Below, in pieces: positions 46,558-55,173 of a stretch of 64,000 nucleotides of DNA. The stretch is from Candidatus Rifleibacteriota bacterium. GTDB lineage: Bacteria > Muiribacteriota > Ozemobacteria > Ozemobacterales > Ozemobacteraceae. The stretch spans positions 1,684 through 65,683 of the forward strand of contig JBNJGH010000002.1 of assembly GCA_051747585.1 (NCBI GenBank), written 5' to 3'. The first letter of the stretch is position 1; every line of letters begins with the position of its first letter. Below the pieces are notes generated by a model that was not told where the DNA came from, did not search any database, and saw only the letters and a list, made by a program, of their open reading frames with translations. The position numbers and the translations under genes were made by a program.

Positions 46558-46579
46558 ATACCACTTTAGGTTTAAGTGA

Positions 46580-48541
46580 TTATTTTTCGTGGTCTTCTAT
46601 AAATCTGTCGTCTTCACGATGCGGTGCCATGAGCATTTTTCCTGCACTAAAAACTACCAGACCTGTCGCCATTGTCCATGAGCTTACCAGAAGAATTAAT
46701 CCGCTGGTTTCAATTTTAATTAATCCAGGATAAGTGGCAACCAATATAATCATGGGAAAACCCCAGATTACCGCAGGAATCAAAATAGACTCTTTCTTTT
46801 GCCCATCATCTTTGAACCTGCGCCAGGTAAGAAAAACAAAAATTCCTATAACCATCATCATTACAAATCTGGTAGCCCAAATATAAGGTCTGTCGCATAC
46901 CGAAACCCCTTCCATGGTCAGTTTACTCCAGCCTTGCTGGTAAGACCAGGTAACAAGAATGCCAAGAATAAAAACAGGGGTAATATACTTCATAATGTAT
47001 AAATAAATTTTTGGAATCCTGATATCACAGCCTTTATGCAGTTCAAGCCAGGCTCTTTTTGCACCAAATATCCACATAAATGCAACGGCTTCTACCGAAG
47101 CCATTACAACCAGACCGAAGGTTCCAGCCCAATAATCCATCTCATCCAGAACACCATTCTTCAGCCAGAAAATAGGACCGTGTGCAAGAATAAAAGATGT
47201 AATTCCTATTACCATTACAGATTTTTTATGGCTGAAGGCAAGTTCGTCTTTCAAAAAAGTAATTGCAGGAGTAAGAAGGGCAACAGCGCTGGTAATGCCT
47301 GCAACAAACAAAAGCCCAAACCATATTGCTCCAAAGAACCAGCCCATGTCGATTTGGGCAAAAATCATGGGTAACGACTGAAACCCAAGATCAAATGATC
47401 CGCCATTTGCTATAGACATTGTTCCTTCTCGACCGAAAAAGGCAACAGCTGCGGGAATTGCAATTGAGCTTCCGAGAATAACTTCTGAAAATTCATTAGT
47501 AGAAGCTGTTGCAAGACCGGTAAGTATTACGTCGTCTTTTTCCGATAAATAACTTGCATACGCCTGAATTGCCCCAAGCCCGAGAGACAGGGTAAAGAAA
47601 ATTTGTCCGGCTGCAGCCAACCATATTTTTGAATTACTTAAATCCTTGAAATTCGGAGTCCAGAGAAAATTAAATCCCTCGGCAATCGTAGAAACAGTTG
47701 CCGGGCTGTCGCCGAGGGTTAAAACTCTGACAGCAAGAATAACTGCAAAAACAAATAATAAAGGCATACCAATTTTTGCCAACTTTTCTATACCTGCTGA
47801 CAAGCCTCGGTACAAAAAATACATATTGAGAAAAAAAGTGATAAGAAAAAACCAGTATGCCGTGCTGTTATTGCTAAAGTAGCGATTTTTTAAATTAACG
47901 GTTACATAGGGGCAATTCTCTTCATCAAGCTTTTCGTTGGTCGGATCCCATTTTCCATGAATATCTGGTCTATAAAGCAGGTTCGGGGGAACTTCCAGGG
48001 GATCACTCAAAGCAGAAATCTTTTTTACATCTTCAAAAGTAGCCGATTTTACAACCTTAACAGATGGCGTGATTCCCTGAAACTCGCCTAAGAACCGACC
48101 CATTTCTCCCCTTTTTTCGTTAAGATCGTTTCCTTTGAGATCTGAAATATAAGTTTCACGAATAGAAAAATAGCTGAAAGAAAGAGTCCAGGATTCTACA
48201 TAAAAATAATAAATACCAATGAACAATGGTAAAACAAACCCCAGAACACCAATATATTTTACAATTCTGTTTTTCACCATCTTATGCAGAACACCTGGCA
48301 TTGTTCCATGTCCCAGGTTACCGCCATATCTACCAATCCCCCATTCCATCCACATTAAGGGGATGCCGAGCAGAAAGAAGGCAATAAAATAAGGTATCAT
48401 AAAAGCACCGCCGCCATTTTGGGCTGCTTGAGTCGGAAAGCGCAAAAAATTTCCCAATCCTACAGCATTGCCGGCCATTGCCAGAATAAGCCCAATTCTG
48501 GACCCCCAGTGTTCTCTCTGAACTCCCTTATTTTCTGTCAT
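46580..48541 (-). CDS. Sodium-dependent transporter of the SNF/NSS (neurotransmitter:sodium symporter) family, long form (653 aa).
   Basis: N-terminal NSS signature REHWGSRIGLILAMAGNAVGLGNFLRFP and ~12 TM helices, with an ~150-aa hydrophilic insertion in the middle. Confidence 0.8.
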   Translation of the reverse strand: MTENKGVQREHWGSRIGLILAMAGNAVGLGNFLRFPTQAAQNGGGAFMIPYFIAFFLLGIPLMWMEWGIGRYGGNLGHGTMPGVLHKMVKNRIVKYIGVLGFVLPLFIGIYYFYVESWTLSFSYFSIRETYISDLKGNDLNEKRGEMGRFLGEFQGITPSVKVVKSATFEDVKKISALSDPLEVPPNLLYRPDIHGKWDPTNEKLDEENCPYVTVNLKNRYFSNNSTAYWFFLITFFLNMYFLYRGLSAGIEKLAKIGMPLLFVFAVILAVRVLTLGDSPATVSTIAEGFNFLWTPNFKDLSNSKIWLAAAGQIFFTLSLGLGAIQAYASYLSEKDDVILTGLATASTNEFSEVILGSSIAIPAAVAFFGREGTMSIANGGSFDLGFQSLPMIFAQIDMGWFFGAIWFGLLFVAGITSAVALLTPAITFLKDELAFSHKKSVMVIGITSFILAHGPIFWLKNGVLDEMDYWAGTFGLVVMASVEAVAFMWIFGAKRAWLELHKGCDIRIPKIYLYIMKYITPVFILGILVTWSYQQGWSKLTMEGVSVCDRPYIWATRFVMMMVIGIFVFLTWRRFKDDGQKKESILIPAVIWGFPMIILVATYPGLIKIETSGLILLVSSWTMATGLVVFSAGKMLMAPHREDDRFIEDHEK

Positions 48542-48583
48542 CTTTTAATACTCCTGCTATAATTATTCGTGTTTACGGCAAAA

Positions 48584-48612
48584 AAAAACCCCGCTCACCT
48601 TGAGCAGGGCTC
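48584..48612 (-). terminator. Probable intrinsic terminator after the HU gene.
   Basis: An A9 run on the plus strand (a T-run on the minus strand), then hairpin cccgctca-cctt-gagcaggg (8 bp, 1 mismatch). Confidence 0.45.
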
Positions 48613-48625
48613 TTTTAAACTTAGC

Positions 48626-48907
48626 TTACTTACCCTTGGCAACCATTTCTTTAAGTTCTTTACCAGCTTTAAACTTAACAACTTTTTTAGCTGGAATGCT
48701 GATGGTTTTTTTGGTCTGAGGATTAACGCCTTTTCTTGCTGCACGTTTTGCAACTTCAAAAGAACCAAAACCGATCAACTGAATTTTTTCGCCTTTTTTA
48801 AGGGTTGCTTTGAAGGTATCGAGCATAACTTCGAGAGCATCCTGGGCAGTAGCCTGATTAAGGTCAGCATTATTAGCAATAGCTTTTACTAGATCCGCTT
48901 TATTCAT
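48626..48907 (-). CDS. hup: HU-family nucleoid-associated DNA-binding protein. The start is revised to the internal Met MNKADLV.
   Basis: MNKADLVKAIA...GFGSFEVAKRAARKGVNPQTKKTISIPAKKVVKFKAGKELK is a canonical 90-aa HU/IHF fold sequence. There is a GGAG RBS upstream of the ATG at 48907. Confidence 0.85.
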   Translation of the reverse strand: MNKADLVKAIANNADLNQATAQDALEVMLDTFKATLKKGEKIQLIGFGSFEVAKRAARKGVNPQTKKTISIPAKKVVKFKAGKELKEMVAKGK

Positions 48908-49435
48908 CTGAAAAATCTCCTTCTTGATAGTGAATTTGTTGAGCTGATTATAATTACCGTTAAACGCTGTTGTCAATACCCCAATTTAAATTTATTTCGC
49001 AAAGGTACCGAATCAGAGCGCAACCGCAAAAGCTTGCAACGCAACGCAAACTACTGCCAGCAAAGCTTTAGAAGAGCTTTCTTCATTCCCCAAACCGCAA
49101 GCAGAAAAAAAACTTTCAACAGTATTGTACACAAAACAAAGACGACGACAATCCCGGATTCCTGATCGCGCTACGCTTGTCAGGAAAGACGGTTACAGGG
49201 TTTTCCAACCTTAACAACATTTTTTTATTTTATTCTTAGAAAACTTTGCGCCCTGGAAGCTTGGCGTGTTGAATATTCTTTTTTGAAACAAGTTTATAGT
49301 CGCCGGCTGAAAATTGCACTAATTCTCAAACAATTATTATTAGCTGGTTACCAAAAGTTCTGGTATTCTTTCTTTCTGTCAAATATAGAATTTTAACCAC
49401 TGAGAGCACCAAGGACACCGAGCCGATTTTAAAAT

Positions 49436-49572
49436 CTTTTTCAGCCTTTGTTCCCCACAACAACAAACTCTTATAAAAGCACCAGTGTTTTTATAAGAGT
49501 TTGTTGTTGTGGGGAAAGCCTGGCGGCAAAGCCGCCGGCTGATTGTCCATTCTGGACAATCCAAGGCTGAAA
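49436..49572. other. Compound multi-stem element. An outer 11-bp helix (ttttcagcctt / aaggctgaaaa) encloses a 26-bp perfect hairpin (ccccacaacaacaaactcttataaaa-gcaccagtg-ttttataagagtttgttgttgtgggg), a GC hairpin (ggcggc-aaa-gccgcc) and a 7-bp hairpin (ttgtcca-ttc-tggacaa).
   Basis: Read directly from the sequence. It sits in an 825-bp divergent intergenic region, ~160 nt upstream of the ltaS-like start. The ORF-track 61-aa ORF at 49379..49564 spans it and is rejected. Confidence 0.6.
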
Positions 49573-49733
49573 AAGATTCTCTGTGTAGCTCTGAGAGCTC
49601 TGTGGTTATTTTCTTTGTTGCTTTAAGGCTTGGTTTACAAACAATCTGATAGTCTCTTACCGAGAATTGCTATAAATTGACTCAAATAATCAAAAAGTGA
49701 TAAGAAACTTATTTGCACACTGTTTTTTAATCA

Positions 49734-51596
49734 TTGCAAAAGGACTTAAAATATATGAAGGAGCGTTGTTCTTTCATAATAAAAGTTTTTACCTTCTGGT
49801 TGATATTGTTTTGCTTTTATCGGCTACTTTTTGTTGCCTACAACCATGCTTTTCTTGATGAAATTTCATTAGGAACTTTTGCGGGTATTTTTCTCCATGG
49901 CCTCTACATGGACAGTTCAGCAACGGCCTGGATTACCTTTTTTCATATAGTTTTACTTCCTGTTTCTTTATTTTCAAAAAGGGTGTTGCTACTTCTGAAT
50001 AGAATGCTTACTATAAGCTTGATTTGTATAACCAGCTTTATAGCTGTTGCGGACATGCAGCTTTTCAAGTCCTGGGGTTCAAGAATGGACTCCCTTGTAA
50101 TAGACTATATTGCCAACCCAAACGAAGCATTTGCTGCATCATCGGCTTCACCCATTTTCCTACTGGTTGCCCTGGCTGTTTTAATCATAAGCCTGTCGAT
50201 GACAGCCTATATTAAGCTGGTTGAAAAATCTCTGGAAAAACTTTCATCTTTTAAGCTAATTGAACTGGCAGTTTTTACTTTTCTGATCGCAGTTCTTGGA
50301 ACAATGGGACGTGGCGGGTTACAACCGATACCAATAAATAGCAGTTTTGCCTATTTTTCTACTCATGACTTTGCCAATCAGTCAGCAATTAATGTATCTC
50401 ATAACTTTTTTGAAACAATTTATCGTGATTATTACAAAAATAGTCAAGGCTACCACTACGTCGACAATAATTTAGCAGCAAAGATTTATAACGAAAAGTA
50501 TTCTGGTCGTTTTGATTCAGATTTTCCACTACATCTAAATTCTACTCAACCGAACATTATTTTAATAATTTGGGAAAGCTTGTCTGCAGATGCTGTCGAG
50601 ACACTTGGCGGATATAAAGGTGTTACACCCGGCCTTGAAAAATTAATTGAGCAAGGGCTTCTCTTTTCCAGAATATATGCATCAGGTGACAGAACCAACA
50701 ATGGCTTACCAGCTATTTTCAGCGGTTATCCAGCCCAGCCCAGAGGTGCTATCATAAAAAGTAATCGCAAAATTGCAAAACTACCATCTTTATCTAAAAG
50801 TCTTAAGAAAGCCGGTTATCATTGCTCATTTTACTACGGTGGCGACCTCACTTTCGATAATATGAAAGCTTATTTAATCAGGAACCAGATAGATAAGCTT
50901 ATTGGTGGCGAAGACTTTCCTGCGAATCTTGCGAAATCGCAATGGGGAGCTCATGACCATGATGTTTTTGCCAAACTTCTACAAGATATAAAAACTTATA
51001 AATCACCTTTTTTTACGACTATTCTTACACTTAGCAGTCACGAGCCATTTGACGTTCCAAGGCAAAGCAATTTCAAAGAAAGTACTAAAGAAAGTAAATT
51101 TAAAAATTCTTTATATTACACTGATCAAACTATTTTGCAATTTATTGAAACTTTAAAGACAATGCCTGTTTATGATGAGACCCTGATAATAATTACTTCT
51201 GACCATGGCACTTCAAACTTTGAAAGATACCACAGATTCTCGCCCGGCAAGAACCATATACCCATATTGTTTCTTGGCGGAGCATTAAATGCGAGGGGAA
51301 AAGTAATTGATACAATTGGCTCACAGCAGGATTTGGCAGCTACGATTTTAAAGCAGCTGCAACTGGATGTTTCTGATTACCGTTTCAGCAACAATCTTCT
51401 GAGTAACAAAAAAGAATCTTTTGCTCAATTTTTTTTCAATGATGGTTTTACCTATTTAAATGAACGGGGCTATCTTGCATTTAATAATTCTTCAAAATCA
51501 ATTATTCACCAAGACAATGAAATGACAGATAAAGATATAAATACCGCCAAATCAATCATGCAGTTAACATTCAATGACTACTTGAACATGAAATAA
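49734..51596 (+). CDS. LTA-synthase/sulfatase-family (alkaline phosphatase superfamily) membrane enzyme: five N-terminal TM helices plus an extracytoplasmic sulfatase domain.
   Basis: Hydrophobic N-terminal ~180 aa are followed by IWESLSAD, NNGLPAIFSGYPAQP and ITSDHGTSNFE (metal-binding His/Asp) motifs typical of LtaS/phosphoglycerol-transferase-like enzymes. Confidence 0.7.
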   Translation: MQKDLKYMKERCSFIIKVFTFWLILFCFYRLLFVAYNHAFLDEISLGTFAGIFLHGLYMDSSATAWITFFHIVLLPVSLFSKRVLLLLNRMLTISLICITSFIAVADMQLFKSWGSRMDSLVIDYIANPNEAFAASSASPIFLLVALAVLIISLSMTAYIKLVEKSLEKLSSFKLIELAVFTFLIAVLGTMGRGGLQPIPINSSFAYFSTHDFANQSAINVSHNFFETIYRDYYKNSQGYHYVDNNLAAKIYNEKYSGRFDSDFPLHLNSTQPNIILIIWESLSADAVETLGGYKGVTPGLEKLIEQGLLFSRIYASGDRTNNGLPAIFSGYPAQPRGAIIKSNRKIAKLPSLSKSLKKAGYHCSFYYGGDLTFDNMKAYLIRNQIDKLIGGEDFPANLAKSQWGAHDHDVFAKLLQDIKTYKSPFFTTILTLSSHEPFDVPRQSNFKESTKESKFKNSLYYTDQTILQFIETLKTMPVYDETLIIITSDHGTSNFERYHRFSPGKNHIPILFLGGALNARGKVIDTIGSQQDLAATILKQLQLDVSDYRFSNNLLSNKKESFAQFFFNDGFTYLNERGYLAFNNSSKSIIHQDNEMTDKDINTAKSIMQLTFNDYLNMK

Positions 51597-51694
51597 TCGC
51601 TGGAATCCAAATTGCTATTTCGTTATTGACAAATATGGTTAAAATTAATTATTATTCTATTAAATAAACAATTGAGGGTGAGAGTGATAAGCGC

Positions 51695-52315
51695 ATGAAA
51701 GAAATCATATTACTTTGCATTTTTTTAACGGCACTTGGCTATATTTCAATTAAAATAATAAGACGTATTTTTTCTGAAGCTGCGCCAGAGAAACAGATTA
51801 AAGAGACGCAAACAGATAACTATGATCCCTATGAGAACTTTATTCCCAGCCCTCGGCCGGTTTACACGCCAAAAAGAAAAAGTTCTCTGCCGGGCCTGGT
51901 TTTCATTGCATTAATGGGCTTTTTAATTTATCAAAACTATCCTCTTATAATAGATAAATTAAATATTCAGAGTCATGTAACAAAACAACAAGAGTTAAAC
52001 GCTAAAGCCAGAAGAATTAATCAACTTGGTCAACTCGCCGCCCTGCCCTCTTTAAAAATAACAGACCAGAAAAAAGTCGACGGAGTTTTCTGGTTTAAAA
52101 TTAGTGGTAGCACCGAAAACGGGCAAATAATAGATGGCTGGGTAACTGAATTTTCTTTAAAAAAAGAGCCTGCAAAGCAGTCTAAAACCATTGATTCTAT
52201 TTCTAAGAAGCTTGGTTTACCAACCACCGAAGAACGGGTAAATTACATTAAAAAGCTCAAAAAGATAAATTCTGCCCTCGATACCGCTCTTGGAAAAGAC
52301 AAACGTAATAATTAA
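51695..52315 (+). CDS. Single-pass membrane protein of unknown function.
   Basis: An N-terminal TM helix (ILLCIFLTALGYISIKII) and a second hydrophobic segment (LPGLVFIALMGFLIY). Confidence 0.4.
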   Translation: MKEIILLCIFLTALGYISIKIIRRIFSEAAPEKQIKETQTDNYDPYENFIPSPRPVYTPKRKSSLPGLVFIALMGFLIYQNYPLIIDKLNIQSHVTKQQELNAKARRINQLGQLAALPSLKITDQKKVDGVFWFKISGSTENGQIIDGWVTEFSLKKEPAKQSKTIDSISKKLGLPTTEERVNYIKKLKKINSALDTALGKDKRNN

Positions 52316-52376
52316 TTCTTAAACAAAATTACTTATTCTGCCGATATTCCCTACAAATAATATTTGGGGGAATTTA

Positions 52377-54134
52377 ATGTTTTCAAAGAAAAGCAATAAT
52401 CTGATTTTTTTATTGTTTCTTGCCATATTTTCAATGGTGCTTGCGTTACCGGGTTGTAAAGAGGGCACCGACAAAAGCCCGGTCTCGAGCTTGCTGACCA
52501 GCTCTGATGAAAACGGAAAAAATGCTTTTCTTCCCGAGAACTCCGATACAACTACAGGACAGCAAATTACCGGTACTGTAGTTTCAAAAACTTCCCAGGA
52601 GAACCTGACAAATATTGAAGTTAATTTATATTACAATCAGACTCTTGTAACTACTACAAGAAGCACATCCGAAGGAAAATTTTTCTTTTATGATCTGCCC
52701 AGCGGCCTTTATGACCTGACTCTAGCTCCAGACAATTCCACATACGCAACTCATACGGCTGTAATTCAGATTTTAAATGATGGAACGCTTTCGCCTTCCA
52801 ATCCTGTTTTCGAGTTAAGCAACCTGGTTTCATCAGGTTCAGGAGAAGTAGAAGTAAATATAAACGGTTATATTAAAGACCAATCTGATTCGAGTGCGAT
52901 AAACAACATATCAGTTGAACTTTACAAAAAAGATGCTTTGGGCAATTTTACTCGTCAACAAACCGCCTACACCAGCGCTGAAGGCAAATTCTTTTTTCAG
53001 GAATTGACACAAGGATCTTACCGACTCGAGGCTGGCAAGGAATCCCCCGTTTTTTCACCCAGCACTGCTAACATGACTATTCTTTCAGATGGAACCGTTT
53101 CTCCCCCAAATCCGGTAATTTTTCTATCAGAAAGACCAGCAGAAGAAAATTTTACTTTAACCGGCTTTGTTAAAACTCAAACCAAAGAAGTCCTGGCCAA
53201 TATCAGGGTAGATATCAAAAAAGGTACCTCAGATGCAGATGTTTCTGAAAGCACATATACAACTGGCGAAGGTAAATTCTTTTTTCAGAATTTGACTTCA
53301 GGAATGTATTATTTACAAGCAAATATAGGCAAAACCACACTTGCTTCAGACATCTATCCGGTAAGAATCTTGTCTGATGGAACAATGTCGCCGGGCGTTG
53401 CAGAAATTTTTGTCCCCCAGAATAATGATAATGAAACTGTCAATATAACAGGAAACATTTATGATGCTTTCACAGGCGGCCCCCTCGAATATACAAAAGT
53501 TTTACTTGAAGGGTATTCTAACAACTTAACAGATACTAATGGAGAATTCACTTTTACCGAACTTTTACCTGGTATCTACAAACTCATAATAAGCAAAGCC
53601 GGCTTTCAAACTCTTGAAGCAAGTTTTCAAATTAATGAAAATGGAACCCCAGTTACCAATCCTTCTGAATTATCTTATCCCTTAATTCATGTCGAAAGAA
53701 CAGGCTACGGCTCAATAGCTGGTAGATTTGTCGACATAGACACAGAAGAAGGAATTGCGGGCAAACTGGTTACACTTGCTAACTACAAGCTTGTGACCAA
53801 AAAGTCAGATAATGGTACCGAAGAAACAGACTGGGAAATCACAGGAAGAGCATTAACAACGAGAACGCTGGAAGATGATCCCGAAACACCCCAAAACGAG
53901 AAGGGCTCATTTAAATTAACCCACCTGGCTCCTACTGATGAAACCGTAAAGTATGCAATTTATATAGGTAATGGCGAACCAACGTATATAAACGAAGCAA
54001 GAGAAAACAGCATTTTTACCTGGAAAGTTTTTAATTCAGCCGGAACCACTTCCTCTTTTGCTGTTTACGGTTTTTCCGTAGCATCCGAACAAACAACTTT
54101 CTGGACAAATTATGAGCAGACCAAGATGGACTAG
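52377..54134 (+). CDS. Lipoprotein with four tandem carboxypeptidase-regulatory-like (CarboxypepD_reg / transthyretin-like) beta-sandwich repeats.
   Basis: Lipobox LALPGC. The motif SEGKFFFYDLPSGLYDL recurs as AEGKFFFQELTQGSYRL, GEGKFFFQNLTSGMYYL and TNGEFTFTELLPGIYKL, and each repeat ends ILxDGTxSPxNPV. Confidence 0.65.
   Translation: MFSKKSNNLIFLLFLAIFSMVLALPGCKEGTDKSPVSSLLTSSDENGKNAFLPENSDTTTGQQITGTVVSKTSQENLTNIEVNLYYNQTLVTTTRSTSEGKFFFYDLPSGLYDLTLAPDNSTYATHTAVIQILNDGTLSPSNPVFELSNLVSSGSGEVEVNINGYIKDQSDSSAINNISVELYKKDALGNFTRQQTAYTSAEGKFFFQELTQGSYRLEAGKESPVFSPSTANMTILSDGTVSPPNPVIFLSERPAEENFTLTGFVKTQTKEVLANIRVDIKKGTSDADVSESTYTTGEGKFFFQNLTSGMYYLQANIGKTTLASDIYPVRILSDGTMSPGVAEIFVPQNNDNETVNITGNIYDAFTGGPLEYTKVLLEGYSNNLTDTNGEFTFTELLPGIYKLIISKAGFQTLEASFQINENGTPVTNPSELSYPLIHVERTGYGSIAGRFVDIDTEEGIAGKLVTLANYKLVTKKSDNGTEETDWEITGRALTTRTLEDDPETPQNEKGSFKLTHLAPTDETVKYAIYIGNGEPTYINEARENSIFTWKVFNSAGTTSSFAVYGFSVASEQTTFWTNYEQTKMD
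52557..53757 (+). repeat. Four tandem ~105-aa (~315-nt) intragenic repeats encoding the CarboxypepD_reg-like modules.
   Basis: Repeat motifs found by inspecting the translation (see the CDS at 52377..54134). Confidence 0.6.
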
Positions 54135-54151
54135 ACTTTAAGATAATAATG

Positions 54152-54173
54152 TTAACCCTGTGTGAAGGGTTAA
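54152..54173 (+). terminator. Hairpin ttaaccct-gtgtga-agggttaa after the repeat lipoprotein gene.
   Basis: An 8-bp perfect stem followed by an A/T-rich tract; this is a weak terminator or attenuator. Confidence 0.35.
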
Positions 54174-54217
54174 AAATAATCTGTTCTTGAATAAAAACCA
54201 GCTATTAAGGGATTGAA

Positions 54218-55105
54218 ATGAAAACACACAATAAAAAGATAATTACGAGCTTTATACTGATATTATTGTCAGCTATGTCTGTGTCGGGGCAGGTTTTGGA
54301 GGTTGTGCCGGACGATATAGAAGCTGCGCCCGTGGTTGAGCGCAATCCGCACACCGGCACATGCTATACCGGTTCTTCGGGGCTGGTGACTATTCCGACG
54401 CCTGATTTCCAGGAAACAAAAGTTGCCTTTACTTATAAGGCTGGAACTTATGAACAGGATTTAAATATCAGTGGCGTAAAAACAGAAGTTGAAAAAGACG
54501 AAGTCCTGGCCGGTCTAAGGTTTAATTTATCACCCCATGTTGAGCTTTCGGTTGCTCAACTTGCCTACGAGCGAAAATCCAACCCATCAACCACAGGTCT
54601 GAACTATGAAGAAGATGCCGTTGCTTTTGGAATGAAATATTCGGCTCATCATGGTTCTAAAGATATTTGCCTTGGTTTTACTTTTGCACCGATGTCTGCA
54701 CAAGAGCTTAACCTTGCTGATATCGAACAGATAGAAAACCTGAGAAATGCTTATATGACAATTTCTGAAAGCATAGACACTAATACCAGCGGCTATCTTC
54801 ATCTGGCTTCGGTTTTCACCAAAAAACAGGAAATTGATTTTGGCAATGGCGTAACTCAGAAAGTCAACCGCAAAGACATATTGATCGGCGCACTTGGTCT
54901 TGAATACAGCTTTGCTGATTATGTTTCTATCTTTGGAGAATACAAGGTCGGAAACTATCGTGATATCTTCACAAAAGACTCAGTGAGACACAGATTTCAT
55001 GCGGGCTTGAGGCTTGGTAACAAAAATATTCAGGCCGAATTGACCGGAATGAATTTATCTGAAGATAATCCCACTTTGGTTCTGGGTGGAACTCTTGCTT
55101 TTTAA
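54218..55105 (+). CDS. Outer-membrane beta-barrel protein (OmpA/OmpW-like porin fold, unknown family).
   Basis: Signal peptide ILILLSAMSVSGQV, an alternating amphipathic beta-strand pattern, and a C-terminal aromatic (...LGGTLAF) typical of BAM substrates. Confidence 0.55.
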   Translation: MKTHNKKIITSFILILLSAMSVSGQVLEVVPDDIEAAPVVERNPHTGTCYTGSSGLVTIPTPDFQETKVAFTYKAGTYEQDLNISGVKTEVEKDEVLAGLRFNLSPHVELSVAQLAYERKSNPSTTGLNYEEDAVAFGMKYSAHHGSKDICLGFTFAPMSAQELNLADIEQIENLRNAYMTISESIDTNTSGYLHLASVFTKKQEIDFGNGVTQKVNRKDILIGALGLEYSFADYVSIFGEYKVGNYRDIFTKDSVRHRFHAGLRLGNKNIQAELTGMNLSEDNPTLVLGGTLAF

Positions 55106-55173
55106 CTTTTACAGCCCCCTTAAAAAATGCTAGAAATAGATTAAGGTTATATTTAGTTGGCCGGGGGATAATT

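Noticed and set aside
49379-49564. 61-aa Cys-rich minus-strand ORF upstream of the ltaS-like gene
   Set aside because: It spans the 26-bp perfect hairpin and adjacent GC hairpins; its Cys codons come from the palindrome (tgttgttgtggg), so it is most likely non-coding structured DNA/RNA.
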